Positions 51,763 through 64,000 of a stretch of 64,000 bases of DNA are shown here, one piece after another. The notes below the pieces were generated by a model. The model was not told where the DNA came from and ran no database searches. It worked only from the letters and a program-made list of their open reading frames with translations. The position numbers were made by a program, and so were the translations under genes. Every line of letters begins with the position of its first letter. Positions within the stretch are counted from its first letter, which is position 1. This stretch comes from Podarcis pityusensis (lineage: Eukaryota), in the NCBI GenBank assembly GCA_964106645.2, contig OZ067040.1. The stretch is one strand, 5' to 3'.

Positions 51763-54049
51763 TCCCCAGCATCTGATAATTAGAGGTATAACTACAACAT
51801 GGAAGTTATATTCCTCCACCAAGGTTAACAGGCCTCGGAAGACCTATCCTCTGTGAAATTAATTTTGCATTGAGTACTTTCTTTTGCCTATCACCACCAG
51901 TATATTTACTGCTGCAGTAGTATACACTTATATATGCTATTAATGAACTTCATCTCTGAGAAAACACACAAAAGTAGCCTATAGAGGTTTGAGCAGGCTC
52001 AGTAGCCACGATATGCTGGGTATTTGTCAGATGGACTGACAGAAAACTGGAGAGAAAGAGGAACGGAATGGAGGAACTTAGAAGACGTTATGGCTGGCTG
52101 GACTGTACAAGTTGCAAGTCCCACTTGTGAACAACCTTGCTGGTTAACTCTGAGTTCTAGACCTAAGAACATGGGAGAAAAATAATTATATACATTTTCT
52201 CCACATTGTATACTGGTTACTAGGGTTGCCATATTTCAAAAAGCTTTTTTTAGGAAGACATGTAGCAGCTCTACTGGTTACAGCTCATGGTAAGTGTGGG
52301 TTGGGCTTAACCTTAAGTCTAAGTTCATATGGCATGCACAGCCAATCCTTAGTTTAGCTTTGCTTGACATTGCTGTGGGTTCGCAATGGGGGGGAGTGAA
52401 TTCCTTGAATGCCAAGATCAAAGTTTGGGGCAAGTACTCTTTGGTGAGAGAACCCATTTAAAATCATGAAATGTGCAGTAAAGTGTGGAAATATAGGATG
52501 TTAGATGTTTAAAATAGGTCATTGTGAGTTCCTTCTGAAGTTTTCCTTTTTCCCTTGCATAGAAAAAGACCATGCATTTAGTATGTTAAAAATGGTTTAC
52601 TTACAAAGGTTTACTCTCCAAAGGTCAGGTTCGTGTGCTTTTCCATACAGCATTCAGAAAATATTGCACAGGCAGTAAAACTTAGCTTACTTAGAGTGGT
52701 TACAGTTCCTAAATTACTGGTATATGAATGCAAGAACTGCTCATGTAAACCATATAGTTTGAGCTTGGAGCAACTTACTCAGACCTCTACATGCTGATCT
52801 TCTCAAGTAGACTGCAAGAGAGCAATAGACTTGATTACCTTCCTCCCAAAGTAAGGAGGGGTGACCTAGCTAAACCTGGCAGGACACCTTGCTCTATGGT
52901 ATTAATTCCCTTCATGCCTTAATGGTTATATGAGATTCATCATACCACAAATAGGAGAGAACAGAACCAAGGAGGAGCAAATTGGCTGCAAGCTCATCTC
53001 CAGGAGCCTGACAAATTGTGCAGTTGGGCATTCTTGGTAAGCCAAGGTTCAGCTTGGGGTGTTATGTGAACCAGCCCTCTGGTTGGGCCTGCTCCTGAAG
53101 TATTTAAAGATGTGTATTTTTAGCAATTTGCTCTTCATATGCCTTCCTTTTCACTTTCACTTTTGCAAAGAAACCTTTCTTGCCTGTTGTATAAAATCTT
53201 CCTCTTAGGTTCTTCCACACTAGGGGTTGAGTTTGGAATTGTCATGCCTCATTCACTCATATTTACAGGAAGTCCATGCAACTCAGTTGTCCATTGTAAT
53301 GCTTTTCTTTTACCCAACCTTTTTATTATCACAAAAATATCAAGTTTTTCTAAAGAGGGGAAGAGCAGCACAATTTCCACAGATGTAGATGCACTTAGTG
53401 TGATGCTTCCATCATTTTTAAGGCGCACAGTTTTGATGTGAACAGTGACCTAGTAGGCAGGTTAGCCTCTCACTACATAGTACAAACTCACTATCACCTT
53501 GGCAGCATGCATAACTTCCATTTCTTTTTCTTTTTTTTTTAAAAAAAACCCTTTTAATCAGTGCTAAAATGCATTTCCAGATATAATTATTTAAAATATA
53601 TGGGAAATACAGCTTAAATGAATGAGTGTCATTGTGCTATAGCTAATGGTAAGAAAACGCAGGGGGTAAGGGATAGAAGGACATGTCAGCTCTTTTGGCT
53701 TCTCACTTTTCCAGTCTTAAATTCAGTTGTCCACATTTCTGCAGCGATTTGTTATTTTAAAAAATCCTCATGCAAATTATTCAGCATGTTAGTGTGCATT
53801 CCTCATAATAAACAAATTTTTGTATATGGTTTGGACTCATGTACACATTTTGCAAGCAAGTTCTCCTAATATAATTCATTTTTATGTTATCTTCATTGAT
53901 ATGCACACTTTGCTCTAATATATGCATTTTTGTAAGCATTGTTCGGTTGAAGAACTCTCTTGCAAAATTCAGGTAGGTGCAAATTTCGAGGGATGCCTAC
54001 ATTTTTGTTCTCATACTGCTTTAGGAAGTGCAGATTCGATAGCTGCAGC

Positions 54050-54940
54050 TTTAAGTATTATATATGTTATAGGTTATATGTGTTTTCAATTTATTTACCC
54101 TAATGCTGCCAGCATTTTTCAACTGTGCACAATTGTTTTCTGTATACTCAACAAAAAATTTCCACTCCTCTTTAAATACCTGTTCTTTTTTCTCTCTTAT
54201 TCTATTTGTTAGACCAGCTAACTCTGCATATTCTATCATCTTAAGCTGCCAATCCTCCTTACCTGGGACCTCTCTCACTTTCCATTTTTGGGCTAACAAA
54301 CTCTGAGCCATCATTGTTGCATACATAAATAAGTTTTTCTGACACCTGGGGACCTCTGTCTGAACAATTCCTAACAGAAATGCCTTCAGGTTTTTTGGGA
54401 AGTTTGTTTTAAACATTTTTTTCATTTCATTATATATCATTTCTCAATATTCTTTAACTTTTTTACATGCCCACAACATATGAAAAAGTTCTTTCCATTT
54501 CATTACATTTCCAACACAAATCTGATTCTACCTTATACATCTTAGCCTATCTGCTCAGGTTTAAATACCATCTATGAATCATTTTCATGTAGTTATCTTT
54601 CAGTGTGTAGCAAACAGTAAATTCCAAATCATTCTTCCAAAGTTTCTTCCAGAGTTTTAATTCTATATTATGCCCTATGTCCATTGCCCAGTGGGTCATT
54701 AAAGCTTTAACCAGCTTGTCCTTTGTTTCCCATTCCAGTAATAATTTATACATTTTAGACAGTAGTTTTTCCTTATTCTGTAATAACTCTCTTTCAGATT
54801 GTGAGCTTTGGTCCAAAACCCTTTTTTTTTTATCTAGTTTAAATATACTGTGTAGTTGGTGATACTGTAACCAATCCGTGACTTGGCTCCTTAATTCTTC
54901 CATTGGCTTCAATCTGGGTTTTTTAAATATTAACATATTT
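54050..54940 (-). mobile_element. L1-clade LINE ORF2 C-terminal fragment, frameshifted
   Basis: ORFs 54547-54936 and 54051-54440 (WLQYHQL, KLLSKMYKLLLEW, W..DIGHNI, NYMKMIHRWY, CWKC remnant, FLLGI, LLAQKWK) are typical of the squamate L1 ORF2 tail. Confidence 0.85.
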
Positions 54941-55399
54941 TTTAAAATATTAACATATTGGAAATATATTGTTTGAATGAATGAATGTTAGTGGTATAAC
55001 ACTATACTTCAAATGTAAACAAGGAAAGAAACTTCATGGTCACCACCAGTTTAGAATCTTTTTTCCAATTTTCATATGACCATTCTGACCATTGGACTTT
55101 TCCCTTCCCTGCTCAAAGCACTACATCCCACCCACTGTGACTGATGAAAAAGTGCAGTAAGTTATAGTGGACAGTCAAGTGGAATTTTGCTAGTAACAGT
55201 GGGGGAGCAGTGATTTAATATTGCTAACAGCTGCCCATCTGGAAGCACCCCTTGATTCTGCTTATTGTTAACCATGCTGCCGTATTTATTTCTGAGGTGA
55301 TTTGTGCCCTAGTTTGTGGTTTATTAAAAAATATATATATATTGCAATAGTTTTAAATAATCTCCAGTAAGGATTGGCAAATCCGTTTATTATTATTTT

Positions 55400-55624
55400 G
55401 AAACAAAATTTAAAAAATCCTTCCAGAAGCACCTTAGAGACCAACTAAGTTTGTTATTGGTATGAGCTTTCGTGTGCATGCACACTTCTTCAGATACACT
55501 GCATGCACACAAAAGCTCATACCAATAACAAACTTAGTTGGTCTCTAAGGTGCTACTGGAAGGATTTTTTTAATTTTGTTTCGACTACGGCAGACCAACA
55601 CAGCTACCTACCTGTAACTACTAC
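55400..55624. mobile_element. Penelope-like element remnant: inverted pair of terminal-repeat fragments
   Basis: Arms about 55400-55485 and 55500-55582 are near-perfect reverse complements. Tail ...CAGACCAACACAGCTACCTACCTG; 12-bp TSD TATTATTATTTT (55388-55399, 55625-55636). Confidence 0.85.
55460..55497 (-). ncRNA. Minimal type I hammerhead ribozyme motif (Penelope-associated)
   Basis: Minus strand: GUAU-CUGAAGA-A-GUGUGC AU GCACAC-GAAA-GC-UC-AUAC. This gives core boxes CUGANGA and GAAA, a stem II hairpin, palindromic AGCU in place of stem III, a UC cleavage site and stem I GUAU/AUAC. Confidence 0.75.
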
Positions 55625-58600
55625 TATTATTATTTTTTATATCTCTGTTTCTCATTTGTGCAATCTTAAGTTCAACTCAGTTCCACATCGGTTTGCAAGT
55701 TCTATTTTTGAAGTTACCGTGAAAATTTGCCTGCAGATTAGTGCCAATTGCCAGACCCCTTTCTCATTTGTTGCTCCCTTCTTTGAATCCTAATCTTCTC
55801 TGCCCCCGCTCCAATCTCTAGCTCTTCCATCTACTGTTCCCTGAGATAACTTGTCTGGAGCACACATGAATGTTGCCACAGGGATGCCGTTGAAGGCAGC
55901 TACAGGTGATTCAAAAAAGGAAGGTCAACAAATGTTTTCCATTCCATTCCTGAAATACAGATTTGTCTATTGGTAATGCTGAACTATATTCCAAGACAAC
56001 TGTATGCAGTTCAGACTGGCAAATATTTTGAACTGAGTCAGTGTTCAGCTGACCAGGGACCACAGCCACCTGCCCCGATGCTCTCATTGATTATTGTGCA
56101 GCTGCATGACTTCATGATGGCTTCTTGAAGATGTAGTTCCTCCATCTCATCCAAATAAACACTCTCTCTTGCTGCTAATGTGTATGTGTTTTAGAAGGAG
56201 GGTTTAAAAAAAGTGTTCTCAGATGACCTTGAGAACACTGCCTGCTTCCTCCACTTCCTTCCTTCCTTCCTTCCTTTAATTTCCTTCCTTCAGCCACAGC
56301 ACATAATGGCTCCTTATCTTTCCCTTGTCTTGTGAGTTCCATTGCTTCACAGACCTCCATGTTTTAACTTCCCTCCTTGAGTCTGTGTGAAAGTTTGCCC
56401 TGCCAATTCTCACAAGAAGCTGCAAGCTGAAATTGTGAGCTTTTTTCCCGGAGCAGCCAGAATGTTCTTGAACATTCTGCAACAGCCATGGCTCACGGTA
56501 TTACGGTGTGAATGTAAAAGATATTTTGTTGTGTAGAATAACATTGATAAGAATGCTCATTCCAAAGCTCATGACTTCGTAACAAATGAAAAAGCGCTAA
56601 ATGTGCAAGTGCTTCCCTAAATAGTGTATAATGTTTGATGCTTTGCTGTGGTTTTATGATTTGTTGGAAGCCAGAGTGGCTGGGGCAGATGGGTGGGGTA
56701 TTATTATTATTTCCAAAGGCTTCACTTTGCTTAATTAATTGGTGCATATTTAACACCACTATGTGCATTATGCCATACAAACCAGGATCTGCTCACAAGC
56801 TTTACTCCAACATCCCCCTGCCCTCCTCTTCTGTGAGACAAAAATGCATTCCTCAACAGATTCTTATGAAAAGGTTATTCTTTTTTCTTCCTTCAGATTC
56901 TGTAAAAGTTTTTCACCATAATTCCCAGTCACCCCTGTCTTTTTGCATTTCCTCAGCAGATGTGTCATTGTTGTGGCTTGTCATGTCCAGTTACTTCAGC
57001 CCGTTCACACTACGTTACCAGTGTCATGTAACATGAGCTGGCTGACACAGCAGGCTTCTGCCTAGTGTTCATTAAGGTGCAGGAAAGAAATTACCCTTCC
57101 CCACTCCCCGCCACCGCAGTGCTCACTATCCTGGTTTTAATTGAATATCCAATTCTTAAATATAAATGAACTGCCATAATTTCTTTGGGTGTCCAGGCTG
57201 CTTTAGGAAGGACAGTTTTAAGTCTCTTTGATTTTAGTCTTAATTTCACTCTTAACCATTTGTGGATGTGGTGTGCAAAGTATGCCTTAACCCACATCTG
57301 CACTATGCATTTAAAGCAGTATCACATCCCTTTAAACAGTCATGATGGCTTCCTCCAAAGAATCCTGGGAGCTGTGGTTTGAGTGCGCTATTCATCTCAC
57401 AGAGTACAATTCTCAAAGTGGATTGGAAACCACTCTTCCCAGGGAATTCTGGGAACTGAAGTTCTGCAAGGGGAATAAGAGTCTCCTAGCAACTTTCAGC
57501 ACCCTTTACAAACTCATTTCCTAGGATTTTGCGGCGGAAGCCATGGCTGCTTATAGTACAGTAAAAATATACAGCATAGAAAAATCATGTGGGGAGGCAT
57601 GGGGGAGATGACCTCCAGCCCACAGGCCTCCCCATTTGACCCTCAGTGTCATTTTGGCCAAGCTCCTCCTAGCTGCCACACACCTGATGTCATATATGAC
57701 ATCAGCTGTGGCATAGCTAAAGGTAGGGCTTAGATCAGAAGGTCTTTGCAGGCACACACTGGTGCCTGCAAACCCCCCTCCCCTGCTCATAGCTTCCAAA
57801 GCACCAACAAATCAGCTGTTATTTGGCACTTTCTGAGCATAAGGTTTATAGAGACTCCAACCTCTAAAGCAGTTATGATGCTGGCGGCAGCAAACACCTG
57901 TTTGTGCACCTGTAAAGCACACTTATGGGCCAAACTAGATACAACAAGATGCAACTGTGCTTTCTAAAATCCCAAACAGCATGTGAAAAGCAAGGGTGAG
58001 ATCAGCTCCTAATGCCTGAACTACAGTCACATTAAAAACTGAATGAAGTTTCTGGATAGACCTGTACCACAGACAAACCTGTTTAGCCATCCTTCCTGGG
58101 ATTCTGGGCAGGGAGCAGATCTCAGCAACCTCATCAAATTACAATTCCCAAGAGTCTTTTGGGCAAGTTGTAGCCATTATAGTGGTATAAGCTGCTACAG
58201 GTTTAAGTTGTTGTCACGATACCTTTTAGAAGCTGTGCTTTCATTGGGGCTTGCTTTCGGGCTTGCAAATCACTTTCTCCTTTTACCTGGTATATTTTCA
58301 CTGAAGGCCAAAATCCCATAGGCTTTTCTGCAAGAACCTATGTGCGCATCACTGACAAGGCTTAAAATGTAGCCCATCACTTATGGAACAAAGCCACAAA
58401 CCCAAATCTGTGTAGAGAGTTCCTTTTGCCACAAATCTAGCCTATCCATAGCTTTTAGCAACAAAACACCTGAAAGGTCAATAGCACCTAGTGGAGTCTA
58501 ATCAGTGTAAGTCTGCAATCATATGCTCCATCCTAAGACTGGGAGTGAAATGCAGGCTCTGTGGCTTCCACATCAAGCCAGCTTTTTCCCACTTTTCCCC

Positions 58601-61600
58601 ACATTCATTTTGCTTAGCATCCAACCTAAGTGAAGAGCTCTGGAGCAATAAAAAACTGCTTCACTATATACTGTGCCATTTTGGTTTGTCCTAGAAAGAT
58701 ACTGCCTTGCAGTGGATTTTGGAATTTCACTAATGGACAAACACAGCTTCCTGTACTTTTTTGTTTTGTTTTGTTTTAAGTGAATACTAGGAAGTAACAG
58801 CCAAACGGAAGATAATAAAAGTCTATGAAATCATATATAATTTCCTCCAAAAGGCAGACCAGCCTTCATTTACACCCTTTAATTCATCCATTCATTTATT
58901 TATTAGCTGGGGAGAAAGCCTGCTGTGTCAGTTAAACAACAGAGTCCTGTCTACTCATTTTATCACAACACATTGTGGTTGGTTATAGGGCATAACATTA
59001 TCCTTTGCATTGACATTTATAGGTCAAGCTTTCGTAAGAATCTCAAACCCAGCCTCTCATTTTTAATGTTCCACTGACATATTTATGGTTATACGCCTTT
59101 TGTGCAGTTTCACAATCTTCAAAAGTACACTTGTCCTTTCAAATATGATTTGCATGTGAAATGCAAAGCACCTTAGCAAATCTGGATAAATGTCAGAGTC
59201 CCACGATACCTTAAAGACGAATGCACTTATTGTAGCATGAACCTTCGTGCTGATTCTCCTCTTGGTCAAATTTCATCTCTACCTGGGCAGGGTAGTGTGA
59301 TGTTTGTTCTAGAACTTGGAATATCAGTTGCCCATCAGTGAATGAACAGGCATCAGGAACGAGTGTGATTTCTAGCCTTGCACTGTCAGACCAACACAGA
59401 CCATAGGAAGTGATTACAGAATACATGTACCAGAATGTCAGGTTCTGGTGTGCACGTGCAAGGCACAGAGTTACTGGGGGATGCAGTATCTGTCTCAGTT
59501 GCACATCTCTTTCATGGGAATAATGCCAAGTTGTAGTGCACACAGTTAAAGTATTAATGGTAAAACACATTAATCCATCTAAATAATAATCACCCGCTCT
59601 CTCAAATCCATTGCCTCAGAAATTTAACGTCTGGCGAGAACACCTAACCACACACACTTTTGCAAGAAAGTTAATGGCTAACCGTCAATGACATCAAATG
59701 GGGGGGGGGGCTTTTGTGTGGTTGCGCGCAGCCCCCACAATCCCATGTGGCTCCTGGCAGTACAGCCGGGATTCGCACCCCTCCCCCCCAGGCTGGACAC
59801 CTGGAGGTGGCCGCCTACCTCTGCCAGTTACCCAATCCCAGCTGGGAGGCATTGCCAGGAGAGAGTTGGCCAGGTAAGGGGAGGGATCGACGTGCCCACA
59901 CAATAGTGGGTGGAACTTACCTGGGAGTTCTCAGTCGGCTTCAGAGCAGTCAGTAAATTTTCTCAGCTTTTAAAAAAGCCTTTGCCTTTCCTTACTTCTG
60001 TTTCTCTGCTCAACATCAAGCCGTAAACATTAACGAGTGTGGCCATATAACGCTCTGCGAAATATTTACAAGTGGCTGTACAAAGACACATAATGAACAA
60101 ACAGCATGTTCATTCTGTTCTGCTTAGTTGAATTACATTCTTTTCAGGTCTGCTCAGTAATATTGTTCACCATAAAAAGATTTCTTGCGACTTCTGAGTG
60201 TGGAGCAAACGAAGGGCAGGCATGTCAGTGGCTAATAGTCATTATGGCTATACTGGAGGAGTGGGGGACATTTTCAAGACTCAGAGCCACATTCCTTTCT
60301 GGGCAACCTTGCAGGAGCCAAAAGGGCAAAGGGGGTAGAACAATGAATTTAAAACTTTGTTTGTTAGGCAGATTTCCATACCACTCACACACCCTTCTCC
60401 AACCTCCTTCCAGGCAAGCAAGAATCCTTCTCCAAGTTCAAGGGCAGATTCCAGTCAGGCAAAAACACTCAAGGAGGATGTGAAGCAAGGCTGTTGAGCA
60501 AGGAGTGGGGAGAAATTTAACTCAGTTTGATTCAGATTTCCCCGTCATTTTTCTTTATTGCAAAAGAATTAAGATGTAATTAAAATTACAATCAATGTTT
60601 TTTTTAGGGGCAAGCAAGTTTGTTGTGCCAAAGTGCCAGATCAACTTTAGTTGTGAAGCCTGAATTTGCTGGTATCTGACTGAATCCTACCCAAAAAATA
60701 GCAGTAGCCTGGAACTGCCCATGCTGGGGAAAAGGTGAGAGCTTCTGCTTTTCAGTTGTTTTCTCTAGAATCCCCTAGTTCACTTCCACATGGGGAGCCC
60801 ATTGACCTGATCTAACAAAGAATCCCACGAATACTTTAAATTAAAGTGTTACGGGGTCTTCGTGAGCCTTAAACAAGCAGGATCCAATGTACTTGATTTA
60901 CTTTTTAAAACTTGCAATATAGTATTTTCAGAAAAACTAGGGCAAATTGAAAATTACATATGCATGTGAACTGCTCCATTGGGTTTATGGACCAAGCTGA
61001 ATGTGTTAAACAGTTGTCATCTGCTCAATAAAGCCTCTTGCTGTAGTGGGCCTGGTATGCAATACGCAGACAAATATGTCAAGTTCTACCCAGATGACAT
61101 TCCCTCACCACCATCAACTAATCCTCAGAGCAGATACACAAGTAAAATTAATATGCTCCCACAGAATGTCGTTTTACATCAAACGGTACCCTATAATTTA
61201 AATAATTTAAAAATTTAAACTAATTAAGTCTAATTATCATAAGCTTTTAGTAGAAAAATGAAGCTGTCATGTTCAGTCAAAATTCAATGTATAACTGAAA
61301 TCAGTCTAAGGAAGGACTGAGATCTGGGGCCAAAGCAGAAGGGTGTAGTGTGAAGCCCTACATAAGTCAAACATCTTTAAAGAAGTACATATCATCAGGT
61401 CTGTGTCAAAACTCCCATTGATCTGAACAGCTCACAGTTTGCCTTAAGGCTGCAATTGCGATTTGGTGGCCTGGAAGTGAGCCAGACATGCAATGAAGTT
61501 CAGCTCTTTAAAATGGAGTGGTAGTTCTGAGCTATGGAATGTGGGGAACCAGAACTATCTTTTGACATAAGCAGGTGTGAAGCTAAAAGTCCAGAACCTG

Positions 61601-64000
61601 TTTTAGCTACAGATTTGCAATCATAGGCCAATGTACATTATAAACTTGTACTCTATGCTCTCAGTCTTTAAAGGCAGTTCTCCCCCATGATCCATCACCA
61701 GGTTATATATATGCTTGCGGCAGAGCAAAGCAACAGCATAAACCGTCCACACATGTTGTATGGATAAGTCTACGGGACTTCATATCTCAGGCCATGCTTT
61801 CATCCACTCAAGATCGAGCATCATTTCAGTGAAGAACTACACTGGAAGGAATGTCCTGAATTTTGCTTTGATTAATTGGATTTCTAGCTCACTTCCTCTC
61901 TTAGAACCTAAGTCTTCTGAGGGTCTTGCTAGACATAAACATGCAGTATCAATGTCCAAGAAAAATAAGGTGCATTCCAGTTAAAAGCTTCACCCTTACC
62001 AACAATGGTCTATCAAACTTTAAAAGTCTTATGCTACTTCCCAAAGTGACTGTTGCTTTTACAAGCTTCTGTAAAGAAGGAATTGTTTAACTATGGGGCA
62101 GCCATGAGTATAATACCTCCATCAGGATGCCCACATCATCCAAAATTGCTCACATTCACTGGTAAACATCAGTTTCCCCCTAACATTTCCCTCTGGGTTT
62201 CTTAAGACTTACCAGTTGATATCAACATTGACCAAATTATTGGAACTTACTGACAGTAGACAGTAACATATATCAGATGAAGTACACTAAATACAAGACT
62301 GAACTTAAACACATTGGCATGTGCTTTGTATTTGTACATCTAATAGCACTATTCATACATAGAATCATACTTCATAAAGGAAGGTCCAGAAATAAGATCA
62401 ACATATTGCAAGGTCCCGCTCTGTGCACAAAACACTTATAAACAGAGGAGAGGGGAGTACATTTCCTCTGCTACTTCTTGGAGCAATTCACCACACATGG
62501 TCTGGCACACATCCTGGCATTTTATTAGCCATTAAATACCTGTTCCACAGAATGTTTTATTCTTGTATTTAAAGGCAATTCTGTCTCGCTGCTAGGGTTG
62601 GCACAGTATCTAGAGGGGTTGCTTTCACCCTCCTGGGAAAAATGAATTAGGCCTAGTTTAAGACATTTGTCTCTTTCCAATTATTTTCTATTATCGCAAC
62701 TGTTTTATTACACAGTAGGCTGTAGCTGATTACCACAGAGGTAAGGTTTCATTTCATTTTTAGGTTGTGATGGTTTAAAGGCAGAAGATTCGGGAATAAA
62801 CTTCTGTCAAATAAGAAAGGTGCATTTCAAGGGTAATACTTAAGGGCGGAAAGAATTATTATTTTTGAGAAAGAGTTGAAAGTGGCATGACAGCACCATC
62901 ATTGCCCAGGGTGTGCTCATTCATTTCTTTTGTTCCACAATCATTTCTGGTAAAACAGGGTTTTGTAGTGTTTTAAAAGCCTGCAAAAACTGTTGACTCC
63001 AGACAATAGTAGAATAAAAGGAAGGAGTGCACACACACCACGGAAAATGATATATCTCGCATATCATTTTCAATTCTCTGTCATCTCTAAGACAAAACTA
63101 TTGTCTGTCTGCAGCCCAACACATAGCTTAAATTTCAAGCACCAATGCATTTTTTTTAAAGTGGAAGATATCAGCAAACCAACATACAACAGCAGTACAG
63201 AAACTTGCAGCTTAGCCCTATGCATATGAACACAGAAGGAAGACTCACTGTTTCTGAGTAAATGTGTTTAGAGTTGTATCAATAGGCTTGGATCCTGTGG
63301 AAAGGCCTTTTCCAATTCCTTTTAAGAACACAAGAAGAACCCTACTGGGTCGTGCCAAAGACCCATCTCATGCATCCCATAGTGTCCAATCCTTCCTCTA
63401 CAGCCCTTTGTGACTTCTGAAAATCTACTCCAGAGGATTGGGACATCCAGCAGGGGATAGGGGAAGCAGCAATAATTGCCTTCTTTCTACTTCCACCAGT
63501 AGAGCAAAAGCGTTCTGTGGATAGAAAGAGCTATTCAATTCATGGAAGGTAAAGTTAGGATCTAGCAAGGTTGAAGAACCTTCACTCTTTCAGAGGTTCT
63601 ATTTTCAAGAGCCCCAAAGCCATTTGGACAACAAACTGCACAAGTTATGTATGTGCCGTAATGTAAGACTTTTAATTCACAACATTCCCACATACCCTAG
63701 TCTAAACAATAGCTTCAGATTGTCAGGAGTTTAGCCTACACTCGAGTAGGACCCTGGTAGAGACACATGCCCGACTGGCATGTTCTCTCCCTCCTGGTCG
63801 ATCATTCGGGAGCTTCAAAAGCTTTTTTCAGCCCGAACATCACAGCGACCAATGCCAACCGACCCTGGCACACTTAAGGATCTGCAGAGTTTGTGCATCA
63901 TGCGTGACAGACCTCAACAACTCAGCATTTTGGCTAATCTACTTTATTTACATATAAACACACACAGAGCACTGCAACATGGCTCCCTCTCTCTCTAGCA

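Noticed and set aside
53240-53450. Minus-strand branch point and acceptor (CTAAC...CTAG) followed by a 66-codon open frame
   Set aside because: No recognisable protein similarity or partner exon.
61000-64000. Possible 3' end of SEC63, the upstream neighbour of SCML4 in human
   Set aside because: No acidic SEC63 C-terminal coding sequence is visible; AATAAA hexamers alone are insufficient.

Overview
Vertebrate genomic DNA, almost certainly from a squamate and probably a lacertid lizard, judged from its repeat complement (Sauria SINE, RTE-BovB, Tigger-like and hAT MITEs, CR1/L2/L1 fragments, Penelope-like element). The only protein-coding gene I can support is the 5' part of SCML4 (Scm Polycomb-group-like 4) on the minus strand. 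It has three confident coding exons (19369-19524, 5923-6052, 1568-1768) and continues beyond the left edge. There is also a candidate upstream in-frame coding exon (26667-26688), candidate non-coding exons, and a CpG-richer promoter-like region with an RFX X-box next to a 156-N assembly gap at about 50.2-51.1 kb. The rest is intron or intergenic sequence rich in transposon relics and microsatellites, and nearly all ORFs in the six-frame track are spurious. I see no evidence for a wholly new multi-gene system. The most interesting signals are a minimal hammerhead ribozyme inside a Penelope-type inverted repeat, a probable N-terminal extension exon and a uORF for SCML4, an inverted MITE pair flanking the start-codon exons, and nested transposon insertions. 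Repeat family names come from recognition by eye and need Dfam/Repbase confirmation.
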